From the IMG/VR virus record IMGVR_UViG_3300020044_004214, positions 1 to 26,034 of that record: a stretch of DNA of 26,034 nt, one strand, 5' to 3'. The notes under the pieces are model-generated. The model did not search any database, was not told the origin of the DNA, and saw nothing but the letters and a program-made list of their open reading frames with translations. The position numbers and the translations under genes are program-made. This DNA is from a virus (taxonomy: Duplodnaviria; Caudoviricetes). Position 1 is the first letter of the stretch. Each line of letters starts with the position of its first letter. Below are positions 6,226-15,051 of this stretch, piece by piece.

Positions 6226-7126
6226 GAGGGTAGCCTTAGACATAGAGACAGATGATCTGAATGCTACACGTATCTGGGTCATCTGTACTGAGGACATCGA
6301 CACAGGAGAGACTGACACCTTCCTTAACGTCAGCCACATAGAGGAGGAGAGGGAGAGGTTCTTGCTATACGTCAGTGGCGTAGACACTCTAGTCTTCCAC
6401 AATGGCCTAGGCTTTGACGGACCAGTGATCAACCGACTACTGAAGACAGACTGTATCGACATGGAGAAGATCGTAGATACATTGGTCGTTAGTAGGCTAG
6501 TAGACTACAGCATCAAGGATGGTCACAGTCTGGACGCATGGGGTAAGAGGCTCAACCTATTCAAGGGATACTTCAAGGACTTCTCAGCACTAACACAGGA
6601 GATGATCGACTACTGTAAGCAGGACGTTAAGGTCACGGTGAAACTCTTCAAGAAGTTTGAGAGTATCATCACTGATCCTGAGTGGCAGGTAGCACTACGA
6701 TGTGAGCATGACATCCAGATCTTATGTGAACAGATGACAGACAACGGCTTCAAGTTTAACCTACCTGCTGCTGAGGATATGCTAGCTGAGATACGCTTAT
6801 CAATGGACGACCTAGAGGCTGGCTTCCAACAAGACTTCCCACCTAAGCTTGAAGAAGTTAACCGACTGAAGTATAGGATCAAGCCTGATGGTACACTGTA
6901 TGCTACTGTAGCTAACGCTAAGGAGAAGTACGTCACTAGCTACGTGGTAGGTGACGAGTTGGTCTGCTATGATTGGAAGAAGTTCGAACCTTCATCCCCT
7001 CAGCAAAGGATCGACAGACTATGGGAAGCTGGGTGGACCCCAGTAGACAAGACTAAGGGACACATGGAGTGGGAACGTGAGCAAAGGAACAGCAGAGGAA
7101 ACCAAGCGTGGAGAAAAGTTCGCTAA
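6185..7126 (+). CDS. DNA polymerase A, N-terminal part (3'-5' exonuclease plus first half of thumb)
   Basis: ExoI DIETD, ExoII HNGLGFD, HSLDAWG, ExoIII YCKQDV, thumb FEPSS...AGW. The true start may be 6200-6209. Confidence 0.92.
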   Translation: MGTTKMTMMRVNNKRVALDIETDDLNATRIWVICTEDIDTGETDTFLNVSHIEEERERFLLYVSGVDTLVFHNGLGFDGPVINRLLKTDCIDMEKIVDTLVVSRLVDYSIKDGHSLDAWGKRLNLFKGYFKDFSALTQEMIDYCKQDVKVTVKLFKKFESIITDPEWQVALRCEHDIQILCEQMTDNGFKFNLPAAEDMLAEIRLSMDDLEAGFQQDFPPKLEEVNRLKYRIKPDGTLYATVANAKEKYVTSYVVGDELVCYDWKKFEPSSPQQRIDRLWEAGWTPVDKTKGHMEWEREQRNSRGNQAWRKVR

Positions 7127-8114
7127 GTATGGGTGGATGTGCAATGAACTCAACCTCTCCACCCTACCTGAAGATGCACCACAAGGGGCTAAGAACCTAG
7201 CTGAGTGGCTAACCCTAGAGGGTAGACGTTCTAGCTTACAGGAATGGATAGGACACGTTAAGGAAGATGGACGTATCCACGGCAGGTTCACTCACATAGG
7301 GGCATGGACAGGAAGGATGGCTCACTCCGCACCTAACCAAGCTAACATACCTGCTGCTTTCCACGGCACACCTAAGACAGCAGTAGACATAGTGAAATCT
7401 GAATATGATGGACGTATGCGTAGCCTATGGATTGTGGAGCAAGGCAACTACCTAGTAGGCACAGACGCTGAGGGTATCCAGCTACGTGTGCTAGCCCACC
7501 TGATGAAGTCTGAGGAGTACATTCACGCTATCGTATCTGGTAAGAAGGAAGATGAGACTGACATCCACAACGTCAACCGCAAGGCGTTAGGTATCTCTCA
7601 TGTGACACGGGACATGGCTAAGACTTTCATCTATGCCTTCCTCCTTGGTGCTGGTGTGGGTAAGGTAGCCACTGTCCTCAAGGTTAACCAACGTGAAGCA
7701 GCGGAAGCTATCGACAACTTCACTAACTCTATTCAAGGTCTAGCTGACCTTAAGAAGAAGATGATACCATACATTGCTAATCGTGGATGGTTCAGAGGAT
7801 TAGATGGTCGTAAGGTTCCCGTACCATCTGAACATAAGGCATTGGCGGGGATGCTACAGAATGGTGAGGCTGTCGTTATGAAACACTCAGCCATATCCTG
7901 GACTAAGGCTGCTACTAAGATGGGTATCAAGTACAAGCTAGTGACTTGGCCTCATGATGAATGGCAGACAGAAGTAGAAGGGACTATGCTAGACGCAGAA
8001 CTATTAGGTACTATCCAACGTCAATCTATTGTTGACACTGGAAAGAAACTGAGTATACTCTGCCCACTAGCTGGATCAACTGATATCGGCGTAACGTGGG
8101 GCGATACCCACTAA
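7077..8114 (+). CDS. DNA polymerase A, C-terminal part (polymerase domain)
   Basis: TGRMAHSAPNQANIP, motif A DAEGIQLR, motif B RDMAKTFIYAFLLG, motif C HDE; GTG start with GGAG 7 nt upstream. Confidence 0.93.
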   Translation: MSKGTAEETKRGEKFAKYGWMCNELNLSTLPEDAPQGAKNLAEWLTLEGRRSSLQEWIGHVKEDGRIHGRFTHIGAWTGRMAHSAPNQANIPAAFHGTPKTAVDIVKSEYDGRMRSLWIVEQGNYLVGTDAEGIQLRVLAHLMKSEEYIHAIVSGKKEDETDIHNVNRKALGISHVTRDMAKTFIYAFLLGAGVGKVATVLKVNQREAAEAIDNFTNSIQGLADLKKKMIPYIANRGWFRGLDGRKVPVPSEHKALAGMLQNGEAVVMKHSAISWTKAATKMGIKYKLVTWPHDEWQTEVEGTMLDAELLGTIQRQSIVDTGKKLSILCPLAGSTDIGVTWGDTH

Positions 8115-8130
8115 CAAAGGGAATACAACT

Positions 8131-8610
8131 ATGGCTTTCAAATCTGTAACGACCACTGGACCCATCGAATGGGCACGTATCTTCGAAGATAACCGTGACC
8201 TTGAGGGTTACCAAGGTGCTTACAAGGAGTGCGAGGGTGCTTACACTCTCTCTCAGATCCTGAGCAAGGAAGAGTTCCAGAAGTTGCAGCAAGCTGGCAC
8301 ACAGAAGAAGCCAGTACAGAAGCGACTGATGGATGGTGAGCTTGTCATCAAGTACGAGCGTAAGCATAAGGTCACGACCAAGGATGGTACTACTATCCTC
8401 AAGGCAGGTGGACCACCCAAGGTGCTTGATGCTGAAGGTAAGCCTTGGACTGCTGATCATGGTGCTATCGGTAATGGTTCAGTGGCTGAGGTTACCAACT
8501 TGATCTCTACCTTTAAAGGTATGGATGGTAAGATGTACAGCCGTACTTCTTTGGTTGAGGTTAAGATCATCAACCACGTTGAGTATGTAAAAGCAGACGA
8601 AGCGGCTTAA
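8131..8610 (+). CDS. putative single-stranded DNA-binding protein (gp2.5-like)
   Basis: Position after the polymerase. The pattern W-A-x-I-F...PKVLD...IGNGS.A.V is seen in phage OB-fold SSBs. Confidence 0.6.
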   Translation: MAFKSVTTTGPIEWARIFEDNRDLEGYQGAYKECEGAYTLSQILSKEEFQKLQQAGTQKKPVQKRLMDGELVIKYERKHKVTTKDGTTILKAGGPPKVLDAEGKPWTADHGAIGNGSVAEVTNLISTFKGMDGKMYSRTSLVEVKIINHVEYVKADEAA

Positions 8611-8626
8611 CTAGGAGAGTACCATA

Positions 8627-8938
8627 ATGGCTAAGTACACTATCTCAGTAGAGACAATTAACTGGTCGCTGTGGGACCACGGTTATGGTACTCACTTCTC
8701 CATCACCTTGTTTGAGGAAGGTCAGCGTGTATGGTCTACCTCAAAGAATGATCAGTTTGGTGGTGTCTTGAGGGACAACTATGGTGATGAGGATATGGAC
8801 CTCTCTGCGTGGGAGGATTTCATAAAGGGTATGCAGAAAGCCTTGGAGTTAGCAGGGCATGAGGTGTACCTTGAAACAGAGATCGACCAGACTGACCCTG
8901 ATGATCAATACGTTTACCTAGGTGAGGAGGATGAGTAA
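8627..8938 (+). CDS. hypothetical acidic protein
   Basis: RBS AGGAGAG; 103 aa, D/E-rich. Confidence 0.75.
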   Translation: MAKYTISVETINWSLWDHGYGTHFSITLFEEGQRVWSTSKNDQFGGVLRDNYGDEDMDLSAWEDFIKGMQKALELAGHEVYLETEIDQTDPDDQYVYLGEEDE

Positions 8939-8939
8939 G

Positions 8940-9089
8940 ATGACACGATTTATCTTCTACACATGGCTGATGATCTCAGCAACTCTTGCCCTGTACAATC
9001 CAGAGGTAGTAGGGCAGTGGCAAGCTAAGAGAGACATTGCCTACGAGGCTATGTATGAAACAGTATGGCAGGAAGATGAGACACCATGA
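8940..9089 (+). CDS. 49-aa protein with hydrophobic N-terminus (MTRFIFYTWLMISATLALYNPEVVGQW...)
   Basis: GAGGAGG upstream, ATG at 8940; its TGA overlaps the thyX ATG. Confidence 0.65.
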   Translation: MTRFIFYTWLMISATLALYNPEVVGQWQAKRDIAYEAMYETVWQEDETP

Positions 9090-9829
9090 TTGATGCTACC
9101 TACATCGACCACATGGGTACAGATCTTAGTGTAGCTAATGCAGCACGGGTATCCTTCGGTAAGAAGAGTGAGATGCTTGAGGATGAGCATGGGTTCTGGT
9201 ACGTCCAATCAAAGGACATCAAGCTAATCAAGTTTCTTGCCAAGCATAAGCACTACTCACCCTTCGGTCACTGCTTCGCATCCTTCCACGTTAAAGCTCC
9301 TGTCTTCGTAGCACGACAGCTAGTCAAGCATAAGTTCCTACGTTGGAATGAGATCAGCCGTAGGTATGTGGACAGTGAGCCTGAGTTCTATGTGCCTAAG
9401 GTATGGCGTGGTAAGTCTGCTGATAAGAAGCAGGGTTCAGACGGTGTAGCTAACTGGCCTCCAGAAGGGACTGGTTCTTCGTACCTGCTTGAGTATCAAT
9501 ACCCTGCTATCTCTGCAACATATCAAAGGATGATTGAAGCTGGGGTAGCACCTGAACAAGCACGTATGGTACTTCCTCAGTCTATGATGACTGAATGGTA
9601 CTGGTCTGGTTCTCTTGATGCCTTCGCGGATATGTGCAAGCTACGCTGCAAGGACGACACACAATATGAGACACGTATTGTAGCAGACAAAATAAACGTC
9701 ATAATGGCTGACCTATTTCCTCACTCATGGTCTGCACTGCTAGACATACCTGTGGTATCTGAAACTAAACAACAGCCAAACCTAGCCGACTACGCAAGCT
9801 GGGAATACTGGAATGAAGGAACTGAATGA
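9086..9829 (+). CDS. thyX: flavin-dependent thymidylate synthase
   Basis: AARVSF, H.SPF.H, RQLVKH...NEISRRY, EQARMVLPQ, LR....TQ.E. Confidence 0.95.
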   Translation: MIDATYIDHMGTDLSVANAARVSFGKKSEMLEDEHGFWYVQSKDIKLIKFLAKHKHYSPFGHCFASFHVKAPVFVARQLVKHKFLRWNEISRRYVDSEPEFYVPKVWRGKSADKKQGSDGVANWPPEGTGSSYLLEYQYPAISATYQRMIEAGVAPEQARMVLPQSMMTEWYWSGSLDAFADMCKLRCKDDTQYETRIVADKINVIMADLFPHSWSALLDIPVVSETKQQPNLADYASWEYWNEGTE

Positions 9830-10509
9830 TGATCATCTTAGTCGATGGAGACGTTATCGCGTATAGGGCCTCCTTCGCTAAGGAAGGTGCATCACTGTAT
9901 GAGGCTAAGGAAAAGACTGATGAGTTGATGGATGACATCATCTTCAACACTACTCAGCGTGAAGAAGAAGTGGAGGTATTCCTAACAGGTAAGGGGAACT
10001 TCCGTTACGCCATCAGCCCTAGCTACAAGGCTAACCGAAAGGATACCCCTAAGCCTGAACACCTCAGCGATGTACGTAACTATCTAGTGGATATGTATGG
10101 AGCTGTCGTTAGTAAGGGCCAGGAAGCTGATGACCTTATTGCCATACGAGCGACAGAGTTAGCCTACGACTGTACGATTGTATCCACTGACAAGGACTTC
10201 AAGCAAATCCCCTGCACCCACTACAACCCCGTTAAGAATGTAACCTTTGTAGTGGAGGGGTTCGAGGCTACCCTATTCTTCTATACTCAAATACTGACAG
10301 GGGATAGGGCAGACAACATAGAAGGTATCTATGGTATCGGTCCCGTTAAAGCTGGTAAACTTCTTGATGGTGCAACGACAGAGGGAGAGCTATACGAACG
10401 TGTGATTACTGCGTATGAAGGTAATGAAGAACTTGTTACCATGAATGCTAGACTACTCTGGCTTCGACGCAAAGAGGATGACGTATGGCTCCCGCCCAAT
10501 CAAAGGTAA
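9826..10509 (+). CDS. 5'-3' exonuclease (T7 gp6-like)
   Basis: DGDVIAYR, YKANR, EADD, DKD, GDRADNIEGIYGIG. Confidence 0.92.
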   Translation: MMIILVDGDVIAYRASFAKEGASLYEAKEKTDELMDDIIFNTTQREEEVEVFLTGKGNFRYAISPSYKANRKDTPKPEHLSDVRNYLVDMYGAVVSKGQEADDLIAIRATELAYDCTIVSTDKDFKQIPCTHYNPVKNVTFVVEGFEATLFFYTQILTGDRADNIEGIYGIGPVKAGKLLDGATTEGELYERVITAYEGNEELVTMNARLLWLRRKEDDVWLPPNQR

Positions 10510-10892
10510 GACAACGAGCATTGAAGGCAGGGTACAGGTCAGGCTTAGAGGAGACTATCTCTTTACAACTAGCAAGTCTATCTGTACCCGTTCTCTATGA
10601 GACGGAGAAGATCAAGTACGAAGTGAATGAGGTAAGAACCTACACGCCAGACTTTAAACTTCCTAACGGTATCATCATTGAATCGAAGGGTAGGTTTGTC
10701 GCTGCTGATAGGAAGAAACACCTACTCATCCAGAAGCAACACATTTTCCTTGACATCAGGTTCGTCTTCAGCAACAGTAAGGCTAAGCTTACTAAAGGAT
10801 CTAAGACTAGCTACGGGGATTGGTGTGCCAAACACGGGTTCCTTTATTCAGATAAGCTAATCCCTGAGGAGTGGATAAAAGAATGCCCCTGA
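10485..10892 (+). CDS. endonuclease I / Holliday junction resolvase (T7 gp3-like)
   Basis: YRSGLEE, YTPDF, ESKGRF, DRKKHLLI, DIRFVF, WC.KHGF. Confidence 0.95.
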   Translation: MAPAQSKVRQRALKAGYRSGLEETISLQLASLSVPVLYETEKIKYEVNEVRTYTPDFKLPNGIIIESKGRFVAADRKKHLLIQKQHIFLDIRFVFSNSKAKLTKGSKTSYGDWCAKHGFLYSDKLIPEEWIKECP

Positions 10893-11086
10893 TACATCGC
10901 GTACTTAACGGACCATTGACAGACGACGAGGAGAACATCCTTTGTCTGTGCCTAGTGGAAGAAGATGGTGACCTCTATGAAGAAGAGTTGATCTTCGATA
11001 CTATGGAAGATGCTATGGCTTTCTGCGACCACTTCAAGGTATCTATCGAACCGATTGTACTTGAGCAGGGATGGGTAGACCATTGA
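10883..11086 (+). CDS. hypothetical acidic protein
   Basis: ATG at 10883 after GAGGAGTGG; overlaps both neighbours. Confidence 0.7.
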   Translation: MPLIHRVLNGPLTDDEENILCLCLVEEDGDLYEEELIFDTMEDAMAFCDHFKVSIEPIVLEQGWVDH

Positions 11087-11859
11087 CAAATCGTACAGCT
11101 ATCGTGTATACTTGCGCTCACGCAGATCCAGGAGCAAGTAACATCCGCTTCGATTGGCTAGGCAGTCTTATCGAAGACATCAAGCCTGACTACGTGGTAG
11201 ACCTAGGTGATGGGGCTGATATGCGTAGCCTCAATACTTACGACACACGTTACCCACAGGCTATTGTATCTCAGTCCTACCAAGCTGACATCGAAACGTA
11301 TAACGATGCACAGTCACGTATCTGGGATCGCTTCAAGCTTAAGAAGAAGAAACGTCCTTGGCGTATTGGGTTCGAGGGCAACCATGAACATCGGTTGAAG
11401 AAGGCTATCTCTGTAGACCCCCGTCTAGAGGGTGACAAGTATGGTATCTCCTTCTCTCACCTACAGACTGACCATTGGTTTGATGATTACCATGAGTATA
11501 AGAACTCAGCCCCTGCCCTAGTTGATTATGATGGTGTCCTCTACGGTCACTATGTAGCTAGCGGCAACTATGGATCAGCACTATCTACTAAGCACCACGG
11601 GTACTCTCTCACTGAGAAGCTATCTTGCAGTGCAACTGTAGGCCATAGCCACAAGTTCCACTACTACGTCAAGGCTGACGCTAGACCTAAGGCTCTCCAT
11701 GCCCTTGTTGCTGGATGCTTTAAGGGTAAGGAAGAATCTTGGGCTGGACAAGCTAATGCCGAATGGACTAAGGGTGTCGCTATCAAACGCTACATCAGTA
11801 ATGGAACTTACGATCTGTCTTGGGTTAGCTTAGCAGCCCTTGAGAAGGAGTACGGGTAA
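11071..11859 (+). CDS. calcineurin-like metallophosphoesterase
   Basis: DLGD..D, GNHE and GHSH motifs; first motif CAH instead of DxH. Start at 11071, or TTG at 11083. Confidence 0.85.
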   Translation: MGRPLTNRTAIVYTCAHADPGASNIRFDWLGSLIEDIKPDYVVDLGDGADMRSLNTYDTRYPQAIVSQSYQADIETYNDAQSRIWDRFKLKKKKRPWRIGFEGNHEHRLKKAISVDPRLEGDKYGISFSHLQTDHWFDDYHEYKNSAPALVDYDGVLYGHYVASGNYGSALSTKHHGYSLTEKLSCSATVGHSHKFHYYVKADARPKALHALVAGCFKGKEESWAGQANAEWTKGVAIKRYISNGTYDLSWVSLAALEKEYG

Positions 11860-12045
11860 ATGTTTGACTTGGAGAGTAAGATCAGGGAACTGGTCGATAA
11901 CTATGGACTGATGCTGCTCCTCGAACAGAATGACATCTCTGAAAGGTTTGTCATTAAGTACCTAGTCCTTGAAGGTTTCATTGACGTTGACGACTACTTC
12001 AATCTTGACGCAGAGCTAGAAGAATGGAAGAGGGTGGAAGAATGA
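11860..12045 (+). CDS. hypothetical acidic protein
   Basis: RBS AAGGAG; abuts both neighbours. Confidence 0.75.
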   Translation: MFDLESKIRELVDNYGLMLLLEQNDISERFVIKYLVLEGFIDVDDYFNLDAELEEWKRVEE

Positions 12046-12401
12046 TCAGTACTGAAGACATCGAAGCATTCAAGGATGAGCAGTTCGAAGATGTAATGTC
12101 TTTCACTGACTACCAGATCAAGGCACGATCCTTTGCCTTCTACAAAGACAAGCTTACATACCCTGCCCTTGGCTTATGTGGTGAGGCAGGTGAGGTAGCG
12201 GAGAAGGTGAAGAAGTTCCTACGTGATGGTACTCTAGATGATCGTGAAGTAGCCAAGGAACTAGGTGATGTACTCTGGTACTTGTCTAACCTAGCTGAAG
12301 ACCTCGGCTACGACCTGATGGAGATTGCAACGATGAACATCTACAAGCTAGAAGATCGTGCAAAGCGTAACGTACTACGTGGTTCAGGCGACAACCGATA
12401 G
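12042..12401 (+). CDS. MazG-like nucleotide pyrophosphohydrolase
   Basis: LGLCGEAGEVAEKVKK, KELGDVLWY, N..KL..R, GSGDNR; ATGA overlap at 12042. Confidence 0.9.
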   Translation: MISTEDIEAFKDEQFEDVMSFTDYQIKARSFAFYKDKLTYPALGLCGEAGEVAEKVKKFLRDGTLDDREVAKELGDVLWYLSNLAEDLGYDLMEIATMNIYKLEDRAKRNVLRGSGDNR

Positions 12402-12411
12402 GAGAAGTAAG

Positions 12412-12567
12412 ATGAATATCAACACACAGTCTAAAGACTACTCTGCTGTCAATGGTGGTCTATCTAAACTAGCTAAGGCTGATGCTGACCGTAAGGGTTA
12501 CAAGTACACGACCAAGGCTGAGAAGGCTCGTCGTAAAGCTAACCGTAATACGGATGAGAAGAAATGA
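12412..12567 (+). CDS. small basic hypothetical protein (51 aa)
   Basis: RBS AGGAG, ATG at 12412. Confidence 0.65.
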   Translation: MNINTQSKDYSAVNGGLSKLAKADADRKGYKYTTKAEKARRKANRNTDEKK

Positions 12568-12710
12568 CTGTACTTGGATGGACACTTGTAGACTATCAAC
12601 TCTATCCTAGCTTTTCACTATCTGTGCAGAACCACCCCAGTGAGGATTACGATTGGACGGATCGTTATGTCTTTATCGGACCCCTTCAAACACTATGGCG
12701 TAAACCATGA
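12564..12710 (+). CDS. hypothetical protein (48 aa, MTVLGWTLVDYQ...)
   Basis: ATGA overlaps at both ends; below the ORF-track cutoff. Confidence 0.6.
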   Translation: MTVLGWTLVDYQLYPSFSLSVQNHPSEDYDWTDRYVFIGPLQTLWRKP

Positions 12711-12871
12711 CTGTACAAGATCTGATCGACAAGCTAGAGAAGATCAAGGATAAGGAGAAGATTGTTGTCATCTCCTCTTGGTCTATTTCTGATCCTTTCC
12801 GTACTATCCGAGAACTTGAGACAAATATGCTAGTAGACCAACCACACAAACTTAACATCCTCGCGGAGTAA
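12707..12871 (+). CDS. hypothetical protein (54 aa, MTVQDLIDKLEK...)
   Basis: ATGA overlap upstream and TAATG overlap with nrdJ. The MTVxDLIxKL N-terminus is common in phage small proteins. Confidence 0.7.
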   Translation: MTVQDLIDKLEKIKDKEKIVVISSWSISDPFRTIRELETNMLVDQPHKLNILAE

Positions 12872-14787
12872 TGATGAACAACCACCTACCTACTGACTAC
12901 CAAGCCTTCATCCACACATCACGCTATGCACGGTGGCTTGATGAGGAGAACCGTCGAGAGACTTGGACTGAGACTGTTGACCGCTACTTAGATAATGTCG
13001 TGAATAAAGTCCTCGCAAACATTAACTATGTAGGGGATAAGGCTATTGCTATTGAACAAGCTATACTTAGCCTTAACATCATGCCTTCTATGAGGGCCTT
13101 GATGACTGCTGGCCCAGCTATGGAACGTGACAATACCTCTGGGTACAACTGTGCATACCTTGCAGTAGATGATCCTAAGTCCTTCGATGAGGCTATGTTC
13201 ATCCTTCTATGTGGTACAGGTGTTGGCTTCTCAGTTGAACGTCAGTACGTCTCTAAGCTTCCTGAAGTACCTGAGACACTGTTCCCCTCTGAGGATGTGA
13301 TCGTAGTACACGACAGCAAAGAAGGCTGGGCTAAGGCTCTGCGTAAGGTCATTGCTATGCTGTATGCGGGTGAGGTTCCTCAGTGGGATGTCTCTAAGGT
13401 ACGTCCTGCGGGTGCTAAGCTTAAGACCTTTGGTGGTCGTGCATCTGGTCCTGGCCCACTGGTCGAACTGTTCAACTTCACCATCAATACGTTCAAGGCA
13501 GCAGCAGGGCGTAAGCTGTCCTCTATCGAATGCCATGACTTGATGTGTAAGATTGGTGAGGTAGTGGTAGTCGGTGGTGTACGTCGATCAGCTATGATCT
13601 CTCTGTCCAACCTGAGTGATGACCGTATGCGTCACGCTAAGTCAGGTCAGTGGTGGGAGAAGAATGCTCAACGTGCTTTGGCTAACAACTCAGTTGCGTA
13701 TACTGAGAAGCCAGACATGGAAACCTTCATGCGTGAGTGGTTGTCGCTAGTCGAGAGCAAGAGTGGTGAACGTGGTATCTTCTCCCGTCCTGCCTCTAAG
13801 AAACAAGCAGCTAAGAATGGACGACGAGATGCTAACCATGATTTTGGAACTAACCCGTGCAGTGAAATCATTCTTCGCCCATACCAATTCTGCAACCTCA
13901 CAGAGGTCGTTGTCCGAGCAACGGATACACTTGCGGACTTGGAAGAGAAAGTAAGGCTGGCTACCATCCTTGGTACTATTCAATCTACCTTCACCAACTT
14001 CCCCTACTTGCGTAAGATCTGGCAGAAGAACACAGAAGAAGAACGTCTGCTTGGTGTGTCACTCACTGGTATCATGGACAACAAGTTGATGTCAGGTGAT
14101 ACTGGTCTTGCAGAAACCTTGGAGCGTTTGAAGAATGTCGCTATTGCAACCAATGCTAAGTGGGCTGCTACTCTTGGCATCCCTGCTTCTACTGCTATCA
14201 CTTGTGTCAAACCATCGGGGACGGTTAGTCAACTGGTTGATAGTGCTTCAGGTATTCATGCTCGTCACTCTGCTTACTACATTCGCACTGTACGGGGTGA
14301 CAATAAAGACCCTCTGACCCAGTTCATGAAGGACCAAGGTATCCCAAGTGAACCTGATGTGATGAAGCCTGATGCCACTACTGTGTTCTCCTTCCCACAG
14401 AAGTCACCTGAAGGTGCTATCACTCGCAACGACATGACTGCTATTGAGCAGCTTAAGTTGTGGATGACATACCAACGTCATTGGTGTGAGCATAAGCCTT
14501 CTGTTACCATCACTGTTAAGGATGATGAGTGGATGGAGGTTGGTTCTTGGGTCTATAAGAACTTCGATGAAGTATCAGGTGTGTCATTCTTGCCACACTC
14601 AGACCATACGTACCAGCAAGCACCTTACCAAGACTGCTCTGAACGTGAGTACCTTGAAGCACTTGCTCTAATGCCTGAACGTATTGATTGGGCACGACTG
14701 AGTGAGTACGAGACTGAGGATACTTCCAAAGGTACAAGTACGTTTGCCTGTGCTGGTGGAAGCTGTGAAATCGTAGACCTTAACTGA
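12871..14787 (+). CDS. nrdJ: class II (adenosylcobalamin-dependent) ribonucleotide reductase
   Basis: PSMR, YNC, GTGVGFSVE, GGVRRSA, TNPCSEI, TCVKPSGT and C-terminal CAGGSC; no beta-subunit gene nearby. Confidence 0.92.
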   Translation: MMNNHLPTDYQAFIHTSRYARWLDEENRRETWTETVDRYLDNVVNKVLANINYVGDKAIAIEQAILSLNIMPSMRALMTAGPAMERDNTSGYNCAYLAVDDPKSFDEAMFILLCGTGVGFSVERQYVSKLPEVPETLFPSEDVIVVHDSKEGWAKALRKVIAMLYAGEVPQWDVSKVRPAGAKLKTFGGRASGPGPLVELFNFTINTFKAAAGRKLSSIECHDLMCKIGEVVVVGGVRRSAMISLSNLSDDRMRHAKSGQWWEKNAQRALANNSVAYTEKPDMETFMREWLSLVESKSGERGIFSRPASKKQAAKNGRRDANHDFGTNPCSEIILRPYQFCNLTEVVVRATDTLADLEEKVRLATILGTIQSTFTNFPYLRKIWQKNTEEERLLGVSLTGIMDNKLMSGDTGLAETLERLKNVAIATNAKWAATLGIPASTAITCVKPSGTVSQLVDSASGIHARHSAYYIRTVRGDNKDPLTQFMKDQGIPSEPDVMKPDATTVFSFPQKSPEGAITRNDMTAIEQLKLWMTYQRHWCEHKPSVTITVKDDEWMEVGSWVYKNFDEVSGVSFLPHSDHTYQQAPYQDCSEREYLEALALMPERIDWARLSEYETEDTSKGTSTFACAGGSCEIVDLN

Positions 14788-14796
14788 GGGTAGCTA

Positions 14797-15051
14797 ATGT
14801 TTTACATCCTAACCAAAGAGAACTGCCAGTGGTGCGACAAGGCTAAGTTCCTTTTAGAAAAGAAGGGTGTCCCTTACGGGGCATTCAACTACCGTACACA
14901 TCCACTCTTCCCCTTCCTACTTAAGAGTGCTAAACTAAATACAGTACCTCAGATCTGGGCAGATACACCTGATGGTAAGGTACATATCGGTGGTTACCAA
15001 GAACTAGAAGACTACTTTGTCTACCAAGAGAATGAATTGGAAAAGAAGTAA
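14797..15051 (+). CDS. glutaredoxin
   Basis: CQWC, TVPQI, IGGYQEL; adjacent to the RNR gene. Confidence 0.9.
   Translation: MFYILTKENCQWCDKAKFLLEKKGVPYGAFNYRTHPLFPFLLKSAKLNTVPQIWADTPDGKVHIGGYQELEDYFVYQENELEKK

Noticed and set aside
6185-8114. Intron or intein as the cause of the polymerase split
   Set aside because: The two ORFs overlap with no intervening sequence, and there are no homing endonuclease or split-intein terminal motifs.
12402-12870. Possible cobalamin riboswitch or ncRNA upstream of nrdJ
   Set aside because: The region is fully tiled by coupled small ORFs, and I recognise no B12-box.
13231-14737. Multiple antisense and alternate-frame ORFs inside nrdJ (likewise inside primase, polymerase and virion genes)
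   Set aside because: They lack RBSs and recognisable motifs, and are expected by-products of codon bias in long genes.
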